Source of the DNA: Picochlorum sp. SENEW3
Lineage: Eukaryota
Assembly: GCA_034226945.1 (NCBI GenBank)
Contig: CP120456.1
Location: 806,001 to 870,000 of the forward strand
Reading direction: 5' to 3'
DNA length: 64,000 bases
Shown: positions 46,455 through 58,112 of the stretch, in pieces
Position numbering within the stretch: position 1 is the first letter of the stretch
How the letters are laid out: each line of letters begins with the position of its first letter
Notes under the pieces: generated by a model
What the model was told of the DNA's origin: nothing
Database searches by the model: none
Seen by the model: only the letters and a program-made list of their open reading frames with translations
Position numbers and translations under genes: made by a program

Positions 46455-47273
46455 TGTTATGGTCTACTGATTCTGCTTGGGTCAAGCTATCCCTGCCTCT
46501 GTAACGTGGCAATCTCGAGCTGAAAGGAATGTTGCAACCCGAAAGACACCGGCGCAAGCGTATCACACGCTTCACGTTATGAATTGAACAAAAATCTATA
46601 AACTAATTGACAATGGGTTCGTTGGGGCAATAGTCGCACTGTATGACTGTGTTTCCTCATGCAGACAAGTCATGTTTGGGAATATGGATTCAGCACCAGA
46701 ATGGGTCTCGAAATATGGATTCCGCTGATTGTTATGGAAAAAAATCTCTTCATGGATGAGCAGGAAAAAGAGTGATACGTGTTTCAGAAAGATATGCACA
46801 TCTGTTTAAAGATTAAGGGAAAAAATTCATTCTTTTGGTCACCGTTGCCTGACCATGATAATAATAGCCAGGGAATGGATATTCAGTTCTACAAAAGGGC
46901 ATCCATCTGTTACGTTTTTTTTCTGAAACACGTGTTGACAGTTCAATGCATCATGAGAGCACCACATTCATTTACCATACACACATACATACATCCCCTG
47001 TGGGACCATGCATGTAGCTTTCATTCTTCGTAATCTGAGTTCGTTAGACATCTCACTTATTAGGGCGCCACAAAACGAGGGTAAAAAGGTTTCCTCATTG
47101 GGCATCCACAAACGAGCGTTCTTCGACATCATCATTCCTAAAGCATTTCATGAAACAATTAAACCTCTGATAATCCATCAAATCATCCGATTGGACTCAA
47201 ATGGCTTTTTGACAATACCCCATTGAGACTCTTTCACAATACCTCCAAGTTCATTCACACTCCATGATTGATT

Positions 47274-47985
47274 CTACAGCATTGGAGAACGCTTCGGCAG
47301 ACCTTTCCTGCGCTTCTGTAACATAGACTCGCCTTGATAGTCGCTTTCGCTCCCAGAAGAATACTGCATAAATTGCCTCATGCCGCTGTGTGCCAGTGGC
47401 GTGCCAGGCATGCCATTCCTGCTTGATGTCGTATACTGACCATCCTTCAACACCACTCCACTGTCACCATCCATCTTGCACTGTAAAGAACAGTACAAGT
47501 TGACGTCCTGCAAATGTCTTGAGCAGACAGCACACTGAGAGGCCCCAACAGCCCCCTTTGGTGGTCTTGGCTGTGGTCGCCGCCTGAGGAATAATACCTT
47601 GGATCCATTGATCACATACGACTGAATGTGAGAAATGTCTGCCATTCTGACAATATCGGCCACCTTGACGACATCATGATACGATGATCGACGAACCTAT
47701 AACAACAATGATTCTCATGTTCAGAATTCCGTAAAAAGAAAAGTGGATGAGAAAATATCTCGAGTGAATCTGGCCTCGACCAAGCCCGCCAAAACGCACC
47801 TGTAGGACATTTTCCCTTGGCTCCTTTTGAAGGCAAATGCTGCATAGTTCCTCTTTTGTATCAATATCCCAATAGTTTAGAGATGATTCTCGGGCAGAAT
47901 GGCAATCTGAGCACTTTGAACACGGCGTGAAGAATCTGTTATTGCTCACGAGGGCGGGTAGCCACCCTTCGACGGATACGCTCAT
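47274..47985 (-). CDS. PLATZ transcription factor (exons 47985-47800, 47696-47274)
   Basis: WLPAL..NRFFTPC, LQ|VRRSSYHDVVKV, IQSYVINGSKVLFL, CAVCSRHLQD..YCSLQCK, KRRKGLPKRSP. Confidence 0.93.
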
Positions 47986-48631
47986 TGCACGCACACCCCT
48001 TTTTTTAATGTTAATATAGTAAATAATTGATTCGTTATGAATAGGTTTTGGGGGGTGTGAGAGGTTTAGGTTGGGATTGGGTTGATCATTGTCAGCACGC
48101 GCGGGAATCGTGTCAGATCTCATGATAGAGTGGAGCACACTCTGGGGTCAATGCTGTTGTATTTGGGTGAGGATTCAATCCCCGATGGACGATTTTGAAC
48201 CTATGAGTGGAATGTGTGGGATTGGAGAGGCAATATGATTGAAATCGAGGTGAAAACTTTAGGGTTATTCTTCCAACTATGGGAGGGAAAGGTTGCTGTC
48301 ACGTAGGAGATGTAGACGATAATGCAACATTGGCGCATGCGGGCCCGCATATAGTGATAATATTGTTATTGATTCATATATATGACGATATATGGGTGGA
48401 TGAATGCCTTTTCGTGATACATTTTCGAACAGCGAGCATTCTGTTCCTTTGTCCGGGGTCAAAAAGAATATCTATCGTATCTTGCAAGATTGGCTGTGCC
48501 CTAGTCTTTGTCCCTGTTGTTTCTAAGCCTTTCCTCATGATGGAGACAGCAGTGCTAGGCATCGCGTGCATTCTTACATTCTACTAACCAGTACTACTAC
48601 AATTGATATTATCCGTCCAACTGGTCATAGT

Positions 48632-49927
48632 CTATCGGCTGGGCCTGTCCTTTTTGGTGGTAGGAGAGCTGAAGAACATATCTTGGACTGCCAAGCTTTT
48701 TGCTTGTGCCTGCAACTTCTCAAGCATCTCCTCGAGAGACTCTCCTGCTAATAGGAATGTTGTGTCTAAATCACCATGGATGGAGTAGGATATTCTATGG
48801 TCTGTCACTCGTCCCTGAGGGATGTTGTATGTTCGTACCCGAGCAGACCGATCACCAGACCCAATCTGCTGCCTTCTTGCATCACTTTTCGACGCTGCTG
48901 CCTTTTGATTCTCGGCATCTAATATCCTCGCTCGAAGAACAGATAATGCTTTTGCTTTATTTTTATGCTGAGAGCGCTCATCTTGGATCGCGACAGATGT
49001 CCCTGTAGGAATGTGTGTCACTCGAACAGCACTGTTTGTTGTGTTCACGTGCTGTCCTCCAGCTCCCGAGGATCTATACGTATCTATCCGAATATCCTCA
49101 TCTCGAATATCTATATCTAATGGATCTGCTTCAGGGAGAATAGTAACTGATGCTGCACTTGTGTGAATACGTCCTCCTGATTCTGTTGCAGGAACTCGTT
49201 GCACCCGATGTACACCTGATTCAAATTTGAGAAGTGCATAGGGTGCAGGCTGCTCAGAATATTTTGGACATGACACAGTCGCAATAGCAACTTTACAGCC
49301 TCCAAGTTCGCTCTGAGATTGCTCCACAATATCATACGTCCAACCTTTAAACTGACAAAATCGTTGGTACATGGAGAACAAGTCCTTTGCAAACAAGCAT
49401 GCCTCTTCACCTCCAGTGCCAGCACGAACTTCTACAACACATCCTTTTGAATCTACATCCTCTTTTAGAAGCAAGGAATCGACGACGGAATCCAACAGGG
49501 ACTGATACTTGCTTTTCAAATCCTGCAGCTCTTCCTGTGCAAGATCACGCAATTCCCTCGAATCCTCACTGTCCTCTTCAATCAGTTCTTGTATACCAAG
49601 CATCTCAGATCGTGTCGCATCCATCTCATGTTTTGCTTGAATCACTCGTGACAGATCTGCTATTTCTTTTGTAACAGCAGTCATTTCCTCTTGAGGCACG
49701 TGTGGCTGAGCTAATTTCTCCACGAGTGCATCATGATGACTTTGCAACGACTCCAAATGATTCTGAACCGCAGATTCCAAAGCCTCTGTGTCTGCCATAG
49801 ACACTGAAGTTCGAAGTGACGACATGTGAATGCTCGCAAAGGTCGCTTCAAACTCCCACAAGGAGCCTGATCGCGCGAATAGACCACAGCGACGAGCAAT
49901 ACTGTGTCTCAAAGACATCATCGTCAT
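48632..49927 (-). CDS. prfA: Organellar (probably mitochondrial) peptide chain release factor 1
   Basis: EVRAGTGGEEA, FESGVHRVQRVPATE (PxT), SGAGGQHVN, GDRSARVRTYN. Confidence 0.93.
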   Translation of the reverse strand: MTMMSLRHSIARRCGLFARSGSLWEFEATFASIHMSSLRTSVSMADTEALESAVQNHLESLQSHHDALVEKLAQPHVPQEEMTAVTKEIADLSRVIQAKHEMDATRSEMLGIQELIEEDSEDSRELRDLAQEELQDLKSKYQSLLDSVVDSLLLKEDVDSKGCVVEVRAGTGGEEACLFAKDLFSMYQRFCQFKGWTYDIVEQSQSELGGCKVAIATVSCPKYSEQPAPYALLKFESGVHRVQRVPATESGGRIHTSAASVTILPEADPLDIDIRDEDIRIDTYRSSGAGGQHVNTTNSAVRVTHIPTGTSVAIQDERSQHKNKAKALSVLRARILDAENQKAAASKSDARRQQIGSGDRSARVRTYNIPQGRVTDHRISYSIHGDLDTTFLLAGESLEEMLEKLQAQAKSLAVQDMFFSSPTTKKDRPSR

Positions 49928-50250
49928 GAATTGTATTATTGATCAGCGAGGTACAAGGACAAGGACAGACATGCCATGTTCTCTAGAACGGAACCATGCT
50001 CTATTGTGGTCCTCTTGTCGTTTGAAGCATTGTCTCCTTCTCATCCCTAGTGTGATAACAAACGAATCGTTTCATTTTTTTCACACGAGCATCGTATGCC
50101 GATGCATCAGGTATTCAATAGACTTTGCCAGATCTCTTGATAGATCTCTAGAGAAAATTCCTGTCGAGCCCCAAAGACTCGGACATTCAAATTCAGACAC
50201 TCGCTTATTTTGTCAAATTCTAGATATTTTTACAGAATTACATTCATCTG

Positions 50251-50862
50251 ATGGCGAAATCAGGAGATAAGAAGCGAATTCAAGCAAATCAGACATTCTT
50301 GAAACATTTCAGACTCGGCATTGGCGTATCAAATGTGCGTTTTCTCTCCCTGTATCCAATCATGTGGCATGAATTCATCCTAAATATACATATGTGTTTA
50401 CATCAGGTGATTTTTATCATCATACGGCTTCTACTGAAGAGGCAGACAGTCAGCACCTGGCATGTCGTTGGCTACGTGCTTGCTCTGGGTGCCATGTTTG
50501 TCTCACATTCGGGACTGACATCAGCACTCACACCTGCATATAGCGCTACCGGAGATGTGATATTCGCTGGTGCAGATCTATCCATGGGAGGGATGTTGGA
50601 ATACTATCAGGATGTAGCATATCTGTGCATGTTTGCCCTCACAGTTGGCGCATTCACAGATTGGGCATGGCTCGTCTTCCTGTCCATCCCACTGTTTTGT
50701 GTACACCTCGTCTGGAAGTACGTGATAGGCCCGTGGTTAAATGCACCAAGCCAGTCTGAAGCAATGCAGGAGCTACAGGAAGACGATGCCACAAAGAAAC
50801 GGCGAGAGAAAAAGGAGAGGCAGGCTGCACGGCGTGAAAAATTCAGCACTCGGCGAATGTAA
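50251..50862 (+). CDS. TMEM208: TMEM208/SND2 (DUF788) ER targeting protein (intron 50335-50406)
   Basis: MAKSGDKKR..AN, G.VIFAGADLSMGGMLEYYQD.AY, basic C-tail KKRREKKER. Confidence 0.85.
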   Translation: MAKSGDKKRIQANQTFLKHFRLGIGVSNVRFLSLYPIMWHEFILNIHMCLHQVIFIIIRLLLKRQTVSTWHVVGYVLALGAMFVSHSGLTSALTPAYSATGDVIFAGADLSMGGMLEYYQDVAYLCMFALTVGAFTDWAWLVFLSIPLFCVHLVWKYVIGPWLNAPSQSEAMQELQEDDATKKRREKKERQAARREKFSTRRM

Positions 50863-50935
50863 AATAAGAAATACGTAAGGAAACAAATATAGTACGGTGG
50901 TGTACCAAGGGGCGATGATCAAAGATTGATATTGC

Positions 50936-52506
50936 CTACTGGGCCTCCACCTTTTTGATTGTGATTGTCTCATGCATATCTGCATACTGCCAGGGATCAA
51001 AGCCTTCACCTTGAACATCGTCGGGCTTGGCCGCTTCTTTGGCTGAGAGTTTGCGATATTCTCCATTGAATTCAAACTGTGGGCACGCCTCGTTGTCAGG
51101 CTCGTGCTCATGCACCTGTGCATCGGCTGGCAGAGGTGTAAACCATCTCGGTTTCCAACCATCTCCCTCGGCTTCTCTCCTCTTCTTCTCTGCTCGTTGT
51201 ATTTCCTCCAGAGCATGTTTTGCGACAGCCGCTTCCCCACTTCGTCCAAGCTCAAGAAGAGCTCTATCCGGACGTCTTCTTGAATCAGAAGGCAGTGGGT
51301 TCACTCCCTCACATGAGTTCAAGATGTGAGCAAACTTTGTAAACTGATATGGATCTTTTTCAGGCTTTGGCTCACATGTCCACAATCGCTCTGGCTCGGC
51401 ATCAGGAATAGGATTGCCCTCATCATCACATGGCATACAATCCAGGTGAGAGTTCCATTTTCCTTCCAAGTAGAGTTTTGGGACACCCTCTGGATCATAC
51501 ACGTGACCTGATATCTCATACCGACCAGCAGAAAACCATCCACATTCAGTAAACGTCAGTATAACCTTTGCCCCAGTCACAACATTAATCAACTTGTACT
51601 CCCCATGTGTATCAATCCAGGTTGATCCAATAATCACATTATGCGCCTTTGTTGGGGGAGGAATCAACGTATACACATCTCCAGTTCCTTTTAATTTAAT
51701 TCGTGTTCGTCCAACAGGGTACACTTCCACACTGTTTCCCAAAAACTTTGTCTTTGGTGCAGACACCAGGTCATACTCCCACAAGTCATTCTCAGCATGT
51801 GATGCTCCAATTGGAGGATGGTGGCTCACCTGCTCCGCAAGATACTTAATACCTTTATCACTCTTTCCAAACTCAAATGTCTCCCCAAGAATGGGATTGA
51901 AAGGCTTCCACGCCCTCTCAACAGCAGCAAATGGACCCATGGTGTAGGCAACAACATGGGCCATTCTCTTGTACGGATCCTCTGTCACCGCAGCCGTGTC
52001 CAAACAATCAGTATACTCCATAATCTCTGCCATATTCTGAAGCATCGTAAATGGCTGCATGATCCACACGGGAAGAATCACAAGACTCGTAATATCCTTG
52101 CCCAGATACTTTTTGTAGTCGGTAAAAGCCTTTTGACGTTGCTGCATTGCAGTAGTATACATATACAATAAGGATGCCACCACCAGGAACAGACACGCAT
52201 TGATCGATCGATCGATCACTCGATCGTAGACACACACGTACATCGCTCATATCCGTTTCAGCCTTGACTGGCTTCCCAGTCGTTGGGTCAATCACATTCA
52301 GTTCCTCATAGCCCATGAAACTACACCATCATCCCATACTGTGATTACATATACATATATATGAATCCATGTGTGTATAGAACGTACCTACTAACGGTCT
52401 GTGACGCATAATTCCACGCAGCCGCGCCCATGTTCCATGCGGAAGACAAGAGACCTCCCTGCTCTGCCTCAGGAGCATTATTCGCTGTATTTGTATCATC
52501 AACCAT
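50936..52506 (-). CDS. Short oxysterol-binding protein-related protein (ORP3-like), multi-exon
   Basis: KPFNPILGETF, EQVSHHPP signature, LPSDSRRRPDR. Confidence 0.95.
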
Positions 52507-52881
52507 TATTAAATGCTATCCAGTGTCCTATAGAGCGATTGATTGATGAAAAATTCGCAGTCTGAGTTGACGGATACCGTTGACACACACAGTGGACGGT
52601 AACGCAATCCCTTTCCTCGTCGTTTTCGTTTCTAATCCCAATATGTCACTATAAAAATAACTCTTTGTATCCAATATGGATGAATAATGAATGATACTGG
52701 TGCTGTGAATCCATGCATTACATTCGGCTTCATCTGCTGCTCTTCATGGAGCCAATTCATTCATAATATTGGAGCAGCATTCAAGAGACGGAGAAGAAAT
52801 ACAAAGAGCAGAAAAATACACGGTACATTCGTTCGTAAGAACTTTAAACATCATATGTGTGTGAGCATCTCTTTCTGCCTC

Positions 52882-53545
52882 TCAGGTGCTCCTCTTTTTC
52901 ATGGATATGGCCTGCTGCTGTTGGCTTGTTTCTCGAACAATGCGCTGCCATGTGATCAAGGTGGTGCAGGCAATTTCCAGTAAATGTTCATTCTGTTTCA
53001 TCAGTTGCTCACGCTTGGACTCTAACTCTTGGATTGTCTCCTGCAGTACATAGACGTTGCTGAGGACGTGTCATCGTACTCGGAGGGAGTCATCCACGTA
53101 CCTCTCTTCGTTGACGAATCCGTCGGGCACACTCCCTGTTTGAGTGTCTCCTGCATCACATACATGGTAGACAGCCGTATGGAATGATGAGACAGAAACC
53201 ATCAAATTGAAATGTCAATATTTTGATGACGTACCTGAGCTCTCGTCGATGCGATCGTGGCGACAGTGTGGTTCCTTTGCCCTGCATTGCCACAAGGCCA
53301 TTGTCCATGAGATCCTCCCCAGCAGAGTAGTAGGCATCGCTGTCATGAGGATTGCCGTCCTCTGGTAGTTTCAGAGCATCCTTTTCTTCTTCTGAATCAT
53401 CACTGACGTCATCGAAATCTGTGTATTTGACTCGTTTCCCTCGGAGGCTGTATTTGTTGGACTCTTCAGAGGTATCAGGGTTTCCAGCGTGGCGGTGGGA
53501 TGGAGGATTTCGAATGACTCCATCAGCCTCGATATCTCCTTGCAT
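52882..53545 (-). CDS. Second bZIP transcription factor (exons 53545-53235, 53150-53102, 53040-52882)
   Basis: Spliced product RRELRRHSNRECARRIRQRREETIQELESKREQLMKQNEHL; exon phases sum to a whole ORF. Confidence 0.8.
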
Positions 53546-53909
53546 TAGTCTACTATCTATCTTATTAATTTTATTGCTTTGTTTTGTACCCAAACGCACC
53601 TGAATCAAGGGTTCAGGAGAAGGTTTGGGTTGTTGGAAATTTCAAAATGTGAGACTCGGAAACTTGGGCGATTCCATTCGCTTGCTTCTCATTTCCCCTC
53701 AATTCATACTATATGAATGTAATTAGGTATGAAAGATTTGGACTTGCGGTATTGAACGTGCGGTGGCAGGTATGAGGGTAGAACGGCATGGGTGGGTTTT
53801 AAATTCTTTATTTTCGGCATTTATGCCGACAGCACTCTGTGTAGACTCGTCTACATAAACGTACTCCTTTTGTATTACATACGAGAGATAAAATTCTCAT
53901 CTGATGACA

Positions 53910-56281
53910 TCATGTAAAGCATAGGAGAATCAGACGAGCACACAGGAGCAACGCTGTGAAATAATACTCCACATACTCCATAAATTTCTTCTCCAAGGGT
54001 TCTTCGATTTCCTTGACATTGACCAGTGTCTTTGCCCACGAGACAGATGATTGCCTGGGCAGTGGATGGCTGCTAAGAGATCGACGGGGTGATTGTTGAC
54101 CAATGTCGGTATCAGAATTGTCTCGGCGAAGGCTTGGCTTTGCAGGACTAGCCTGCTTCTGTGACATGCATGGCATTGACTGCCTACTTCCTCGCAGGGG
54201 GAGCTCAATCAGGCCACCTTTGATGGCATCCCTCGGTGACTCTATGCTGCAGAAACTCGTCTCTCTACTAAATCCTATATCTGAGTACAGAGTTGGGCTT
54301 ATCGCTATCTTGCTCTTGAGCTGTTTTGGAGTTTGCCAGAGGAAGGCAAGAATAAAATCCAGCCCACTCCATGGGTACATGCTCAGGTGGGATGCAAGGT
54401 CAAGCGAGTCAATTGAACTTGCCATGCTAAATAATCTTCCTCGCTGGTGTAATGGTGTCGGCTGCAAAGCATAGCTATCAATCTTGGGATCAGACGTTTC
54501 TGGCGAGTCTTCTTCTTGCCTGAGACCTTGTCCAACATGTGGGGTATGGTACTGCTCTTCCTCGCCCTCTGTTGCCTTTGATGCTTCGGCATCTTCGTCC
54601 TCTGATTCCTGAGGATTACTTGTGGCCATACTTGGATCACTCATTCGAGATGATAGGCCTGCAGCAAATGAGCGGGATTTCTGTAGGGTTGCAAGAGTGA
54701 CTGGCAGAGACTCATCAGAACTTGTTGTTTGAACAACCTTCTTCCTTGTTGTTGCATCTATTGAGGAAAGCACGGACGAGAGGATCATTCTTGACGTCAG
54801 AGATACATCTACGATAAATGCCTTCTCGAGCCTCTCCGGATAATGGGTTGCCATGAATGCTGTGACTGATTTTGCTAATGAAGTGATTTGCCTTGAATTG
54901 GAAATAGCATCCCATGTAGTGATTTCTCTACAATCCACAACAACCACAACTCTACCGTACGGACTATCCTTTGCAACTTTAGTTTCAATCCCTTTCTCCA
55001 TCTGAGACTTGATCGCTTCAGCGAATTTCGTCAATTGCTCTCCTCTTGTGCACAATTGAAGAGCTCTGCCCAAGCGCACCACGAGAACAGGATTTCCATT
55101 TGAATCTACACCACGCCACGAAACAAGCCGTTCCCATCGTTTCAATCGCTCTTCCGGAAGTTTCTCGAAACTTGTCAAAGCATCGACAGTCTGTATGACT
55201 CGCCGAATCGATTTCTCTACGACGGCTGCTCTCTCATCTGCATCCTTAGTCTCCAAGATACCACATGCTGCAGCAAACCTGAAGAATTCCTCTCCACCAA
55301 ACCTCTCGGGCAATGAAATATCACAAGAATCCAAAATTCGTTTCATTTCTTTCACTTCGGGGTTGTATACAAGCGAAAACTCCTTCGTGCTCTCAGGATC
55401 CCTGCCTAACTCTGCCCTCTCTGAGGACTTTAACTTTCTCATATCCACGTGAGATCGAATCCTATCTTCTATATCCCGTCTTCTCCGCATAACCCACTTG
55501 GTAGCTTCAAATAAAACTATAGACTTGGCCATCTCATCCACCTGTTCCATGACAACTCCCTGATGAGCCACTGAAAGCAACATACCAATGGAGAACAATC
55601 CTCCAGTTAGTCCCTCCACGATGCGAATCGGCAGCGGATGAATCTTCTTCTCTACAATAGCTAACAAAACAGCCCGTGATATAACCGGAACGGTTAAAAA
55701 GGGATTGTTCGAAAACAACATGCCAGCAACTCTGGACAAGAATCCTCCCCCACCCCTACTGTGTGACTGGCCATCCTCTTCTTCTTCCTCTCCCTCCCCA
55801 GTCTTTGCTTTCTCTCTCTCCTTGGCAACAGTACCATCCGCTTTAATATCTAAAGAGTCTATTCCAGGGAGCAAATGCGTCCTCACTTGCTCAAAATGTG
55901 GTTCCACATCTGAATCACTATCAGAATAGGCCACCACCCTCACTTTTGCTGCCTTCCCCTCCTCATCCCCATCGTCTTCCTTCCTCAACTGCCCTAATAT
56001 CGCACCCAAACCTTTCTTCTCCTTGCCCTCCTCATTTTGTTCTTTCCCAGCATCCTTTTTCTGGTCCAGCTTGTCGTTCTGCTGCTGACTATACCGTTTC
56101 ACAGCCCTGCACACAAACCCGAACAACCATGAACGTCCTACTCTTACATTGAGACATACAATTAAAAACGATACGGCGCTGTCGCAGCGGCCCAGATGCC
56201 ATGAGAAAGCGCCTCAAAGCCGTTCAGTCTTGGAACTCTACACGTACAATGTGTTCCCGGCATCATCCCCTCTACCACCAT
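53910..56281 (-). CDS. CRAL-TRIO/Sec14-like lipid-binding domain protein (5' exon inferred)
   Basis: WRGVDSNGNPVLVVRLG, VVVVDC, HYPERLEKAFIVD, IDATTRKKV; C-terminal TM. Confidence 0.8.
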
Positions 56282-56628
56282 CCATGCTATCAATCTATTC
56301 TAAAAACTGATGACAGTATGCTCAAGCCATATACTTTACGTGTGAAAATAAAATCCTTGCAAAACTCTCACTACCACCAGTTCCCACACGCCAGTCTCTC
56401 TGGACACACCACACTGCGCTGTCTATCTCCCCCTCTCTCTTTAAAAGGTTTCAATTTCAACTCTACAGAGTCTGTCCATGCTTGCCAAGGACGTCCGTGT
56501 ATGAGCATGTAAGGCAATTTCACAAGGACGCCTTCCTTGTTTAAGGAGATTAGATACCCTGCTCATGGCCATGGGTGGATTGCCACACCCATTCCTCCAC
56601 AAAGAATTCCAACTATTCTTTAAGAATC

Positions 56629-57486
56629 ATGTCATTTGCTACCTGCTCACGCATGCAGACAGCCTCGTGCTGCTCAACCTCGTCGTGTGGTGCTGGAGGT
56701 GGAGCAGCCAGATACTACGACAATCACCACAGACACAGCCAAAGAGTAGCATTTATTGGTAAAAATATCAGTACTGTGTCGTATATGGGAAGAGCCAGTA
56801 CAGGAAGGAGAGACCCAGTGACCAGACTGGTGACATGCATGGCGCACCCGAGACGAATGGCGCGAGTGTCGAAGCAGATTGAGAGGGAAATAGGTGCATT
56901 GTTCGTTTCTGATAAGGTTGTTCAAGAAGCAATTTGTCCAGAGAGGAAGCGTGGGATTGATGACGGTTTGTCGGCGTTGGCGTCGGTGACGGAGGTGGAG
57001 GTGTCCAATGACTTGCAAGTCGCCAAGGTCTACCTCTCCATCTATAGCGATGCGGCGGGTAAAGCAATGGCGTTGCGTGGGTTACAGAGATTGGAAGGAT
57101 ATGTTCGAAAGCATATTGGGAGGCAGATACGACTCAGATTGACCCCTGAGATTAGGTTCATTCTGGATGACTCTATTGAACGGAGTGAGCGGGTGCTGAG
57201 CTTGTTGAAGCAGGTTGAGAGGATCAAGTCTGGGAATGAACCCCCTCCTCCCTTGGTGTTGCCCTATGATGAGGAAGAAGACGATATTATTCTTCACCAA
57301 GAGGCTCCTATTTCTGGGGTTGACTTGGGATTTTATGATGATGATGATGAGCAAGAGGCTGTGGAAGACAAAAAGGGTGATGTGTCCCTGTCTGATTCTG
57401 ATGTGCAAGAAATGCTCATGTTTTTCAAACAGGATGCTTCAGAACGAACATCTTCTCGGAGTAAAAAATATAGAAAGAAGAATTAG
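56629..57486 (+). CDS. rbfA: Plastid ribosome-binding factor A
   Basis: MAHPRRMARVSKQIEREI, VTEVEVSNDLQVAKVYLS, IRLRLTPEIRF..DDSIER; transit peptide. Confidence 0.95.
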   Translation: MSFATCSRMQTASCCSTSSCGAGGGAARYYDNHHRHSQRVAFIGKNISTVSYMGRASTGRRDPVTRLVTCMAHPRRMARVSKQIEREIGALFVSDKVVQEAICPERKRGIDDGLSALASVTEVEVSNDLQVAKVYLSIYSDAAGKAMALRGLQRLEGYVRKHIGRQIRLRLTPEIRFILDDSIERSERVLSLLKQVERIKSGNEPPPPLVLPYDEEEDDIILHQEAPISGVDLGFYDDDDEQEAVEDKKGDVSLSDSDVQEMLMFFKQDASERTSSRSKKYRKKN

Positions 57487-57577
57487 ATAGATGTGTGCCT
57501 GAGAGCAGTGGGGAAAATTTTGCCCAAGATGTGTACTGTACAGCACGCATTCGTTCATTCATTTGCTTGTTCATGTA

Positions 57578-58012
57578 TTATTCTTCCATATCAGTCGTAG
57601 ATTGCATTTTATGCTCCTGATACCGTCCCTTCACCGCCGTTTTGAATCCCTGTGATGCTTTAAATGAAACAGATGCAGTTTCTGGGATGAACATGGCCTC
57701 CCCTGTTGCAGGGTTCCTGCCCTGTCGAGCACGCCGAACAGTTCTCTCGAACGATCCAAACCCAGCCACGGATACTTTATCTCCATTACTAACAGCCGCC
57801 ATGATGGAATCAAACATTGAATCCACAACGATTTTCGACGTTTCCTTTGTCAGCTGACACTTTTGAGAGACTATATTGACCAAATCCTGCTTTCCTAAAT
57901 CAGCCCGAACTGATACCTGAGAATATCTTCTAATTATTACTCGACCCATCCGTCCCATCTTTGAATGAAACAACACCCTGTGTGGGCGAATTCGAGAGAC
58001 AAGACTGGTCAT
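57578..58012 (-). CDS. Bacterial-type histone-like HU protein, plastid nucleoid
   Basis: GDKVSVAGFGSFE...RARQGRNPATGE.M.IP....FKAS; N-terminal transit peptide. Confidence 0.93.
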   Translation of the reverse strand: MTSLVSRIRPHRVLFHSKMGRMGRVIIRRYSQVSVRADLGKQDLVNIVSQKCQLTKETSKIVVDSMFDSIMAAVSNGDKVSVAGFGSFERTVRRARQGRNPATGEAMFIPETASVSFKASQGFKTAVKGRYQEHKMQSTTDMEE

Positions 58013-58112
58013 GGAAATTGTCTTTTCCTTTTTCGAATGCTTTTCCGTATTCTTTACACAAGACGTTTTCGCAACAACACTATATAATAATCGATATGTA
58101 TGTATGTATGTA

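Noticed and set aside
1393..56281. Lipid/sterol genes (VASt, ERG28, CMAS, ORP, Sec14) as a functional cluster
   Set aside because: They are dispersed among unrelated housekeeping genes, with no evidence beyond chance.
56629..58012. Adjacent bacterial-type genes rbfA and HU as a bacterial insertion or contamination
   Set aside because: Both carry transit peptides, are convergent, and are expected endosymbiont-derived nuclear genes in green algae.
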